A program made the position numbers and the translations under genes. A DNA stretch of 64,000 nt from Paraspadella gotoi. Taxonomy: Eukaryota > Animalia > Chaetognatha. Positions 1 through 12,200 of the stretch are shown in pieces. Under the pieces are notes generated by a model, which saw nothing but the letters and a program-made list of their open reading frames with translations, had not been told where the DNA came from and did no database searches. Where the stretch lies: NCBI GenBank assembly GCA_051294375.1, contig CM119263.1:4915273-4979272 (forward strand), in the 5' to 3' direction. Every line of letters starts with the position of its first letter. The first letter of the stretch is position 1.

Positions 1-75
1 TTAAAAGTTTTTTTATTTGGATGGGCATCAAAGTTCTAATACATATTAAGCATCAGTATATTTGTTAAGTAATAG

Positions 76-1180
76 TAGATTCCTCTAATAATTTTTTTTA
101 ATTTTTGAAACTGTTTTACCTTTTTTTTCTATAGATTTTTTTGAACCATCAAAACGTTTTTTGATTACGCGAATAGAGAATGTAAAAATTAAAATAAAAT
201 AGTACCAATAGTTACGAGTTCTACCTGTCTGAATAGATGAAAAAAACTTGTTTAAAAATTTGATCGGGACGTGGGGTTAACTAAGGCTACGCAACGGTGT
301 CTCCATGCTGATCGTTCCCATCAATTAATTTTTTTAATTTAATCATTTGAAAGGAAAAAAATAAAATCAGAATGCAGCGGTGCATAAGGGTAAGAGAAAA
401 TCTGTACATAGTGACATGATAATAATGACCTTTTATGTCTTGGCGTAATGGGGGCAGTAAAGAAAACCTTAAAAAATGCAATCATTAACGCAGTCAATGA
501 ACCTTTTCGCGAAGTTTTTTTTCTTAATTAATGGAATGATAAATAATAGAATTAAATTCCTTTATAAGGTTGTTATATTTAAAAGAAAATTTAGCAATAC
601 AATTAAACACAATGAAATGTCTTGCTTTGTCAAATATGTCAGCAGTTAAGTAATTTTTAAAATTTTATTACTGATAAACAAGCAGTATATCAAGCTTTTT
701 CTTTGCGTTGAAGATAATAAAAAATGATTATTTTTTTTTTCACAGACAAGAAGGTAGAAAGTCCAGACTGTTTTATATCAAGCTGAAAACATTTATTATT
801 TAATCATTTTTTCATATTTAAAAAAACATTTTATCAAGCTACTACAAAATTTTTTGCTTGTTTTTTTACTTTAACTGAAAAATCAAGCAAATTTATAAAG
901 TAGATGAAATTTAATGTAATTAAAATGTAATTGACCTATCCTCGTTTCAATTTAACAAAAGAAAAACAAAAAATTTATATGCTTCATTGAAATTTGTAAT
1001 GCAAAAAACTGTTATAACTTTTAACTCGGTATTTAAATAAAAACTGTGTAAAGATTATGGATAAAATTTAACAAAACTGTTCTAGAAATGTGTCCCATGA
1101 TTAAGGGCTTTAATTTGATACCACACCCACCTTGCTCCTCTTTTTTTTTCAAAAGATATTCAAGAAAATAACTTTTTTAT
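76..1180 (+). repeat. Dispersed AT-rich repeat (probable non-autonomous DNA transposon remnant), copy 1
   Basis: Colinear with the reverse complement of ~30772-31932, e.g. TCCCATGATTAAGGGCTTTAATTT vs AAATTAAAAGCCCTAATCATGGGA and CATTTGAAAGGAAAA vs TTTTCCTTTCAAATG. Many substitutions indicate a diverged paralogous copy. Confidence 0.75.
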
Positions 1181-1973
1181 TACTCTTTTTTGCATCTTGC
1201 AGTTTTTTTTAAACAACTAACTTTTGGCCTAAAATGTACTAGTTGGGATTGTTTAAAAACTTTTTTAAATTTTGTTCCAAGGATAATTAATTCACGCACA
1301 AAATTAAATAGCATCTGATATTTAAAAAAAAGTTTTTGTCTGTTTCATACATAATTTTTATATCAGTAATTTTTAGATTTTGTCAAAAGTAAGTAAATAT
1401 AGCAGTCAGTATTACTAAAAATAAAAGAAAGTTATCAATATTATTATAATTGAAAAAGATACAACTGACACAGTAGCTTATTAAAAGCATCATGAACAAT
1501 TAATTAAGAAATTATTTTATTGCTGGCTAAAAAAACATCAAAGTTAAAAAATTTTTTGCATATATTTTAATTAATTTAATTTATATTATTTTTAAATCAA
1601 AACATCATGCATAATAAACTTAGCTATATATGTATTTGAAGGCCTATATTAGGTAGGTAAGTCCCTTATATATAAAATTTTTCTTCAATCATTTGGCATG
1701 TTTATAATTTTTTAAATTTAAATTTTGAAAAAAAAATTAAAAATAATAATTTTTAATGAGAAAAATTAATTAGAAATAAACTATTAAGATAGAATAATTG
1801 TTTAGGACTCAATACGAAAGAAAATTGTTCATAGATTATGGGTGATGCATGATATTTTCATTTTTAAAATATTTAAACCATTTTAATTTTTTTTTATTTC
1901 TACTTTATTGATTTTATATAGCTAATTTTAATATTAATTTATAAAAAACCTGTCATTAGGAAAATTGAATTAC

Positions 1974-2117
1974 CCTTTTTTTTGTGTACCCAAAGGTCCG
2001 GAAAACGTATCCGGGACATCTCATTCTGTGCACTCCATGCCGGATTAAATCGATGTAAAAAGGAACGTGTGGAGTGATGAAAAGAATTGAGTGATTGAAC
2101 ATTATTTTTTTTGCTGC
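1974..2117 (-). CDS. Candidate 144-bp internal exon, product unknown
   Basis: GC-richer island in very AT-rich DNA with minus-strand acceptor ccatag| and donor |gtaatt. Length is a multiple of 3 and two frames are open (phase 0: AAKKIMFNHSILFITPHVPFYIDLIRHGVHRMRCPGYVFRTFGYTKKR). No recognisable domain. Confidence 0.35.
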
Positions 2118-3869
2118 CTATGGACATAATAATTAATGAATTTAAATCCTTTTTAAAATTTTTTTTAGCATAACAGTATAAAGCAAATTCAATTATTTAT
2201 GTAGTAATATCCTTATAAAATAGTCAAATTTCAAAAATATTTTTTTTATTTTTAAGAATTGATTGATTCGCTTTAAAACTAAGAAACTTTTTTATAAAAT
2301 ATGTTATATGATATTTTGAATGTTAGACCCACAAAAAATGAATAAAACGTTTTAAACATATATAAGTTTCTTACTACAGAGAATAAAAAAGTCAGGAATT
2401 TTCACCTTTTTTCTTATTTTAAACATTGAAGATGACAGAATTTTTGATAACATGTTTTAATATTTTTGATTCAACTTTTTTATGAAGAATCTGAATCTTT
2501 AATGAAATTTATAAAATTATTTTAAATTTACTATCTATAAGGATTTATACAAATATATTATATTTTACTATTCTGTTCCGAGATAATATGAAAAAATATT
2601 TTTTGTACTAGTTAATTCATACCATCTCACATCTAAATATGCATTTGTTCGATTCATTCAAATAAATTTTTTTGTTTTGAGTGCCTCCACTCTAATTGCA
2701 ACAGTGGGTATTGTGGTTTAGTATGGTGGAGAACTGTAATGATCGGTTGGTTTACAGAGCTTTGGATAAAAAGGTTTGATGTTAGCTGGAACGCAGAAGA
2801 GGGTGGCAGGTGAGGGAAAGCTTGTCGAATGCTTTGTTATTTGAGGCTGTTATTGTTATTGTTGTGTTTATTAAAAACTGAATGATTTGACGAATGACAG
2901 GAGAGAGAGAGAGAGAGAGAGATGAGAGAGGAGAGACTGTTTTCCTTGCTCAAGAAGGCTTCCCCTCTATCTATGGACAAAATCAAAGTCATGAGGGGCT
3001 TTCAGATTCGCTTGCGAGGGGAGGGGGAAAGTGTGGGGTGTGGTGGGCTGGGTNNNNNNNNNNNNNNNNNNNNNNNNNGGGTGAGGTGGGCTGAGGTGGT
3101 GTGAGGTGGGCTGAGGTGGATAGGAAGTTGGGTTCGGTTGGCAGACAATGGAATGGAGATGGGAGCGATGGCGGAATCTCAGGGCTGGACGTGAAAGACT
3201 ACAAAGGCAGAGAGTTGGCATCAAGAGACGAAATTAAGAGTGAGTGGAGTGGCTTAAAGATTGGCTTTGAATTTGGTCGGGGAAGGCTGTAGTGAGCGGT
3301 GGTGAGGGGTGGTCAGTTTTGTTGGGTGAGTGGTGAGCGGTGAAGGGTGAAGGGTGAGAGGATTACTGTGAGGAAGATGAGAAGCTGAAGCCGAAGAATG
3401 AACTTCAAATCCAGACTTTTTTTTTTTGTATGATCGATATTTCAAATCAAAACTGCAACAAGATATTTTGTTTCCGGAAGTTTATCCTGCATCACATTCG
3501 GTTCTAAATCCTGTTTTGTATCCGGTTTAAATTCAGGCTTATGTTTCGTCTTAACCGACAACCAGCGCATCCATCACAGGCTTTATCACAACCTATGACA
3601 TGTCAACCTGTGACAGCACAGCCCGTGCCATCCGTATATTTCTTTCACCAACACTTTTCCTATCTTAAGTTTGGCCCGAATTGGCAGCCCGCGTGAAATT
3701 AGAGACGAGTAAGAGAGAGAGGGAGAGAGAGATAGGGGGGGGGAATATTCCCGCGGGTGAACCCACTTTTCTATACTTAATTTTCGACTTTTTCGGCTTT
3801 CACCTCTTTCTTTTTCTGTCTCCCTCTCTATCTGCCCCCTCCCCTATTTTCTCTCCTCCTTTCTCCCAC

Positions 3870-3968
<99 letters not shown>

Positions 3969-5214
3969 CTTAACCGCGAAATAGTTGCGGTGTGAAATTG
4001 AAATTTGATGTGAATGACTTTTCGTTCGGTCGGAGAAATAAATGGGATATGAGCTGCTCTATCCCTCTCCCCTAACCAACACCAGTTTTAGGATAGTCCG
4101 CCCAACCATCCTTCACCCCAACCTTAAACCCCAACCGTCCCTTGTTAATCCCCAACCGGCCCCTCTCTTTGCTCTTAGCTTAAGGCTGTTGGCCGAGTAT
4201 TATTTTCCACTTTTCTTTTCATTTTATTTTCCACTCTTTTTAACTTCTTTCTTTCTTTCTCTTTTTTTTTTTTTTGTTCTTTCTTTCTTCCTTTTCACTT
4301 CTTTTTTCTTTTCACTTTTCTTTTTCCTTCTTTCCTCCCTTTTTTCATTTTTTTTTATTCTTCCCTATCTTTTTTCGTTTATATTTCGTTCTTCCCTTTA
4401 TTTCATTCTTTCTTTCCTCTTTTCTTCTTTCTTTCTTCTCTTTTTCTGCTTTCTTTCTTTCCTCTATATTATTTCTTCCTTTTTTTCTTTTTTTCTTTTC
4501 CTTCTTTCTTTCTACCTCATTTTTTAATTCCACCTTTTTTCATTTTTTCTCCTTTCCTTATTTTTCCTTTTTTCTCCTTTCCTTCCTTTTTTCTTTTTTC
4601 TTCTTTTCTCCATTTTTCTTTTTATCTCCTTTCCTCCATTTTTATATCAAAGAATCAATTTTCAATCTCCCAACATTTTTTTCATCATTAGTTCTTCTTC
4701 TTCTTTCTTCTTTCCTCCATTTTTCCTTTTTCTTCCTTTCCTCCATTTTTTCTTTTCTTTCTTTCCTCCCTTTTTTCTTTTTTCTCCTTTTCTCCCTTTT
4801 TCCTTTTATCTCCTTTCCTCCCTTTTTTATATCAAAGAATCAATTTTCAATCTCCCAACATTTTTTTCGTCATTAGTTCTTCACATTTTTTTTAAGTAAG
4901 ATTTTTTGTCCTTCAAAATGTGAATGAGTTTGATTTGCATAAAGATGAAAATCGGAAAGTGAGGTGAGGGTGAATCTCACTGGGCGGTGTCTCTTTGTGA
5001 ATCTCAAAGTTCGTGATTCACATTTCACGTCGAGAGAGAGAGACGATTGGAATCGGGTTTTTTTTGTTTGGGGAAAAGGGTTTAGTTAATAAAAATATTA
5101 TAGTTACTTACCTTTTTTTGTGACGGAAGAATGAACGGAGAAATGAAAAGGGAAAAGAAGAAAAGTAATTAATTAATATTTTTTATTATATATTTTACTT
5201 TGAAACTGAGGACA

Positions 5215-5312
<98 letters not shown>

Positions 5313-5942
5313 TCTCTCCATTCTCTTACTGCGTTATTCCCATATTTCGGATTCAATGGGATTTTTTTTTAAACTGGCGGGAAATATTACTACAGAGAGA
5401 TGACATGTGAGACAGAGAAACAGAGAGAGAAGAGACAATCTCTGTCCTTCCATTCGAAAGGCCGAATATTTTTATTCGTCCGTCGTCGTCGTCTCGTCAT
5501 CGCCATCATCTTCGTCGTCCTCATCGTCGTGGTCGCCCCGCCTCAATAAAGATCACATATTCACGCCCCGACTCACGTCGATGACTAATGAACTTCACTC
5601 CTTCCAAGATTCTGTCCACTTTCTTTTCTCAAAGGGAGAAGGGTCTTTTTTGAACGACGACGACGACGACGACGACCGACGACCGACGGACGACGATCGA
5701 CGATCCTACAGATGCGTCCACTCAAACGTTTAACGCCGCCTTTCGCCTGCATCGGCCCGTCTGTTCACAGGCTGCAATCAACCTTCTGCGTCTTTGTCGT
5801 TCGTTTTCCACTCAAATTGTCTTTCCCGATGCGCTGATTTTTCTTTCTCTTTGTTTCCTTTCCTCTCTCTCTCTCTTTCTCTATCTCTCTCTGTTCTCTC
5901 TCCCTCTCTCTATCACTCTCTCTCTCTCTATTTGTCACTACT

Positions 5943-5979
<37 letters not shown>

Positions 5980-6518
5980 CTCTCTCCCTCCCCGCGAAAT
6001 GATGTCCAACAGATACAGAAATTGACAAAAAGAAATAAGAATGAAGAATCAAGGCCAAAGAGAGGAGAGATAGTTTTCTTTATCAATCCAAAACGCGGAG
6101 GGAAGAGAGAAAGAGGGCGGAGAAGGGGAGGAATGAGTAGAGAGACGCTTTATGACAGGATGCTCGGGAGGAGGAGGAGGAGAGGAGAGAGGGATGAGGA
6201 GACACGGATATCCAGAGGTGAAATGAGTTAGGGTCGTGCGATGATTGAAAGGTTTTTTGGAAGGAGAGAAAAGAGATGAGGAAGGAGAAAGAAGAAGAAA
6301 TGGGAAATATTAATGAATTTTAAAGAATAGAGGGTGAACTAGACAATAGAAAAAGAAAAGAAGTAATGTGAGAAGGAGAAAAAAAACAAAGGATAAAATG
6401 CAGAAATAGAATTATGATATGAAAATCCGAATGAAGGCGGCGAGGCGGCCATCTTGATTTTTTTTAACTCTGGACCGAAAGGGATTGTTACGATAGGAAA
6501 AACAAACATAAAACACCG

Positions 6519-6611
<93 letters not shown>

Positions 6612-6926
6612 AGAGAGAGAGAGTGAGAGAGAATTTTGATGAATGTGAGACGAATAAGTTTCCATCACACTGTCTCTCTTGGAGTCGCGTGGCGGAGAGA
6701 GAAGGGAACAGATAATACAAAGGGAAGAATGGAAAGTAAGGTTAAAAAAAAAGGAAAGATGGTAAAAGATTGGAAATAAAGTTAAAAAGGAAAGAAAAGT
6801 AAGAAGCCTATAGGAAAGAAAAAAAGATATGAAATTTGGTTTCGTTTTTCGTCCTATCTTATTCAAAACTCATTCAACTTGAATCTTGAACATGGATGCT
6901 CTTACATGACAACTGTGATAATGATA
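2066..6926 (+). repeat. Segment duplicated at ~8370-16200 (this copy has the empty HINE site at ~4676-4682)
   Basis: Colinear match, e.g. 2161 TTTTTTAGCATAACAGTATA vs ~8470, and 6841-6926 vs ~16110-16200. Differences are mainly 1-2 nt indels; ends at a 25-N gap. Confidence 0.85.
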
Positions 6927-7108
6927 NNNNNNNNNNNNNNNNNNNNNNNNNCTTTCGCTGATTGGAACGAAATAAAATTAATTAATAATTAATTTATTTC
7001 TTTATTTATTTCTTTATTTCTTTATTATTTTATTATTATTATTTATTTATTTATTTATTTTATTTATTTATTTATTTACTTTATTTATGTTATTTATTAC
7101 CGCTAATG

Positions 7109-7145
7109 ATCGTGGCTGATCCGACATTGTTTGCTCAAACTTGTT
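7109..7145 (+). mobile_element. 3' terminus of a related HINE copy or subfamily
   Basis: ATCGTGGCTGATCCGACATTGTTTGCTCAAACTTGTT matches the 3' end of copies A and B, with a perfect GTTTG-CT-CAAAC stem-loop. Upstream sequence (6952-7108) is AT-rich, differs from A/B and runs into a 25-N gap. Confidence 0.7.
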
Positions 7146-7218
7146 AAGCAGAAATCTTCTGTTTTTATTAAAACCCCAAAACGACAGAAAAAATGGATCT
7201 TTGTCGGAACTGCAGCTT

Positions 7219-7251
<33 letters not shown>

Positions 7252-7359
7252 ACATCTCTGACTTCTCTGACTCTCTGAAATCAAATTGAATGTCAGGCAC
7301 TTTAACCTAATCATAGAGAGAGAATCTGAAAAATAAAGCGAAAGAAAGAAAGAAAGAAA

Positions 7360-7395
<36 letters not shown>

Positions 7396-7982
7396 AAAGA
7401 AAGAAAGAAAAGAAAGAAGAAGAAAAGAAAGAAAGAAAGAATAAAAAAGAATAAAAGAAAAAATATTATATTAGAATCTGTTGACCCAAAAGTCAGAGAC
7501 CTGTGTCAGAGCATCGACTTTCAGACGAAAATCTATACTTATATCATTACTAGTTAACAATTAGAGGACGAGATGATGACGACGATGAAGACGACGATGG
7601 TAGAGACGACGAGGACGACGACGACGACGACGAAGACACCTTTAAATGGTTTTGTTTAGAAAATGAATAAAATAAATATTTATATATATCTGTTGAAAAA
7701 AAAAAATGTAAATACGTGAAAGCGATTTCTTTGTCCCATAGTTACTCGAGATTCTCAGTGCTTCTTTTGTCGAACTCTCTCTCTCTCTCTCTCATCTCTC
7801 TCTTCTCTCTCTCTCTCTCCTCATCTCTCTCTCTCTCTCGTCTTCTCCTATCACATTTTCTCTCCTTTTTTGTCGCTTTCCTATCGAATTGCTCTCTCTC
7901 CCCATTTTCTTCTTTTGATGTCATTTTGTCAGGAAAACACGATCGGAATTCATCGCGGGGAAACGAGAGATAGAGGCATTGA

Positions 7983-8029
<47 letters not shown>

Positions 8030-8369
8030 GAGAGAGAGAGGAGAGGAAGAGCGAGAGAGGCAGAGAGAGAGAGAGCGCCAAATGGCAGGCTGAATTCCTA
8101 ACTGGTACCAAATGGTGCCATCGGCCATTGGGTGCGGCAAGAATGAGCGACCAACAAAAACTTTAGGCGGGCGCATCACATGCTCCCCCCCCGACCCATT
8201 TACCACTTGTCACTCTTACCACCCTTATCCACCAACCTTCCTACACTTGCCACCCGCCATCCACCATCTTGACCCATCCTCCCTTCTCATTTTCCCTATC
8301 CTATCTTCCTTTTGGTGAGTCAGTCAGTCAGTGAGCCGGGAGATCGCAACCGACTATGCATTGCACAGT

Positions 8370-9209
8370 AGCGTGAAGTGATGATAAACAGATTGACGTG
8401 ATAACATTTTTTTTCTTGCTGCCTCATGGGAATATAATTAATGGAATTTTAGAATTCCTTTTAAAATTTTTTTTAGCATAACAGTATAGCAAATTCAATT
8501 ATTTATGAGTAATGATCTTTATAAAATCGCAAATTTCGAAAATATTTTTTTTTATTTTAGAATGATTGGATTCGCCTTTAAAAAGCTAAGAAATTTTATA
8601 AAAAGTTTATATATTGAATGTTAGACCACAAAAAATGAATAAAACGTTTTAACAATCATATAACAGTTTCTACTAGCAGAGAATAAAAAAGTCAGGATTT
8701 TCACCTTTTTTTATTTTAAACAATTGAAGATGACAAGAAATTTTTGATAACATGTTTTATATTTTGATTCAACTTTTTATGAAGAATCTGAATCTGTTAA
8801 TAAAAGTTTTATAAAAATTATTTTTAAAATTTACTATCTTAATAAGGATTACTACAAATATTATATATTTTACATCTGTCTCCCGAGATAAATGAAAAAA
8901 ATATCTTTCTTATACTAGTAATCATACCAATCTCACATCCTAAATATCATTGTCGCTGATCATTCAAATAATTTTTTTGTTCTTGAGTGCGTCCACTCTA
9001 TTGCACAGTGGGTATTGGTGCTTAGTATGGTGGAGAAACTGTAATGATCGGTTGGTTATCAGAGCTTTGATAAAAAAGGTTGTATTTAGCTGAGAACCAA
9101 AGAGGGTGCAGTGAGGGAATAGCTTGTCGAAGTTTGTTATTGGAGCCTGTTATTCGTTATTGTTTTGTTATTAAAAAACCTGAATGATTTGAACGAATGA
9201 CAGATGAGA

Positions 9210-9249
<40 letters not shown>

Positions 9250-12200
9250 AGAAGAGAGAGAGAGAGAGAGACTTTTTGCTCCCAAAGCGGCTTCCTCATT
9301 ATCTAATGGGATCGAAATCAAGTTCATGGGAGAGCTTGCAGATCGCTGCGAGGGGAGGGAAGTGTCGGAAGGGGGTGAGGCTGGGTGAGGGTGGCTGCTG
9401 GGGTCGGTGTGAGGGTGGTGCGCCTAGGTGGATCAGGAAGTTGGTTCGGTTTGCAGAGCAATGAGAATGGAGATGCGTGCGATGGCGGAATCTCAGGGCT
9501 GCGACTGAGAAACTACAAAGGCAGAGACGTTGGCATCAAAGACGGAAATTAAGAGGTGAGTGAGTTGGCTGTGAATAGATTGGCTTTGAATTGGCGGGGA
9601 AGGCTGTAGTGAGTCGGGTGGTGAGGGGTGGTTCAGTTTTGTTGGTGGTGTGAAGCGTGAAGGGGTGAAGGTGCTGAGAGTTACTGTCAGCAAGGAGATG
9701 AGAACGCTGAAGGCCGAAGAATGAACCTTCAAATCCAGACTTTTTTTTTTTTGCTATGAATCGATATTTCAATCAAAAACTGCCAAGCAAGATATTTACT
9801 GTTTCCGAAGTTTATCTGCAGTCACATCTCGGTTCTAAATCATGTCTTTTGTCATGCCGGTTTAAATTCAGGGCTTATGTTCTTCGTCTTAACGACAACC
9901 AGGCGCATTTCCATCAAGGCCTTTATCACAACCTAAACATTAACCTGCTGACAGCACAGCCCCGTCAGCCATCGCGTAAGTATTTCTCTTCAACCAACAC
10001 TTTTCCTATCTTAAGTTTCGCGCCCGAATTGGCAAGCCCGGCGTGAAAATTAGAGACGAGTAAGAGAGAGAGGGAGAGAGCATGATAGGGGCGGGGAATA
10101 TTCCCGGGTGAACCACTTTTCTATACTTAAATTTCGACTTTTTTCGGCGCTTTGCACCTCTTTCTTTTTCATGTCTGCCTCTCTATCTGGCCCCCGTCCC
10201 GCTATTTTCTCTCGCTCCTTCTCCCATATCTCTCTCATCTACTCGTCGATCTTCTTGCCATCTCTCTCTCTCTCTCTCTCCTCTCTTCTCTCTCTCTCTC
10301 TCTCTCTCGTCTCTCTCCTTAATCCGCGAAATAGTTGCGGGTTGAAATTGAAATTGATGTGAATGCACTTTTCGTTCGGTCGGAGAAATAAATGGGATAT
10401 GAGCTTGCTCTATGCCCTCTCCCCTAACCAACAACCATTTTAGGAATTAGTCCGCGCCACCATCCTTCACCCCAACCTTAAAACCCCAACCGTCCCTTGT
10501 AATCCCGCAACCGGCCCCTCTCTTTGCTCTAGCTTAAGGCTGTTTGGCCGTAGTATTATTTTCCACTTTTCTTTTCATTTTATTTTCCAACGCTTTTTAA
10601 CTTCTTCTTTCTTCTCTTTTTTTTTTTTCTGTTTCTTTCTTTCTCTTTTCACTTCTTTTTTCTTTTCGAACTTTCTTCTTTTCCTTCTTGTCCTCTTCTT
10701 TTTTCATTTTTTTTTCATTCCGCTATGCTTTTTTCGTTTATATTTTCGGTCTCTTCCCTTTATATTTCATTCTTTCTTGTCCTCTGTTTCTTCTTTCTTT
10801 CTTGCTCTTTCTGCTGTGTCTTCTTTTGCCTTATAGTTATTCTCCTTTTTTCTTTGTTTGTCTTTCCTTCTTTCTTCTAGCCTCATTGTTTAATCCACAC
10901 TTTTTTCATTTTTCTCCTTTCCTTATTTTCCTTTTTTCTTCCATTTCCTTCCTTTTTTTGCATTTTTTCTTCTTTTCCCATTTTCTTTTGTGATCTCCTT
11001 TCCTCCATTTTTATATCATAAGAATCATTTTCAACATCTCCAACATTTTTTAGTCGGATCTGCCTTATCAAGCAGAATCCCGGACTTCTATAACTCACTT
11101 TTTATAACTCACTTTTTCGGTCCGTCGGTCCGCGCCCCCCTCAATATGGTCGGGCACACACTTATAATCATGCTCAGAACATCGAATTATGATAAATTAG
11201 CAAAAAAAAATGAATTGTCCGTCCGTCCGTCTGCTGTCCGTCCGTCCGATCCGGCAACGTCCCACCTTAACAAAAAACACCAATTACTCGTGATTGGAGG
11301 CATGGATTTAAAATGAATGCGATTGTGGAATAGTAAGTGTTGTTATTGAGCTGGATATTAAGTTTCGAGGTGGAATCGTCCGAGTGCTAAATGAGTTTGA
11401 AATGGAAAAAACAAAAAAAATATATTCACTATTTGAAACACAATTGCTCATGAGTGGATGGGCTGATGACCTGGAATTTTGTAGTGGTAGAAAGTGTGGA
11501 CTTGAACAGGAAACTCAAGTTTCGATGGAATAGTTTTGTAGTGGAAATGAGTTGTTTAAATGGGAAAAAAACAAAAAACCCCTGTCTTTACTAATTCGAT
11601 TATGCTTCTTTTTCCTTTTATATAAAATGTATCTGCAGGCATGGTCAATTAATAAATCCAAATAATTAATCAGTTAATTATCAATTAGTAAATAAATTAA
11701 TAATAATTAATTAATTAGTCAATCAATCCGTTCCATCCGTCCCATCTTGAGCAAAAAGCTCCAAAACTCGTTATTGCTGGTTGATTGGAATAATTTGGTC
11801 ATGGCCCATGGGGTAGCGAAGTGTGTGATAAAGCTGGATCATAAAATTTTCGATGGAATCGTGTGAGTGGAAAATTAGTTTAAATGAAAAACATAAGTCC
11901 GAATTTACTAAATCTCTTTAACTTATTAACCCAATAAATACTCCAATTAATCATAGATTGCATGGATAGATGAGTTGAAATTTTGTAGTGTATGTGCGTA
12001 GGAAAACGTATGACGAAGCTGACTATAAAGTTTCAGTGCGAAACGTACCATGGAAAACCATAATGAGTTTAAATGAAAAACAATATGAGCACATGTTACT
12101 TGAATCTTTTTATTATTTAAACCCCATGACAGATTGAGAGTGAAAATTTGTGAGCCGTTAGGAAAGTGAGTCGAAGAGCATAGATAAAAGTTCCCTGACG

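Noticed and set aside
2680-2706. ...GCAACAGTG as a Transib-like terminal inverted repeat
   Set aside because: No matching opposite TIR or TSD found.
3480-3700. Possible coding fragment (minus CDKACDGCAG, RT-like GCVLS resemblance, or plus QP-rich frame)
   Set aside because: The two noisy copies (second at ~9810-10045) disagree in frame, stops flank the motifs and no interpretation is consistently supported.
3681-6866. Many 60-200 aa ORFs rich in LS/ER/F repeats (here and throughout the window)
   Set aside because: They are translations of (CT)n, (GA)n and T-rich tracts that lack stop codons; no domain content.
7531-7554. A|TCTATACTTATATCATTACTAG|T resembling a minimal Helitron (TC...CTAG in an AT target)
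   Set aside because: Only 22 bp, no hairpin and no second copy; plausible by chance in AT-rich DNA.
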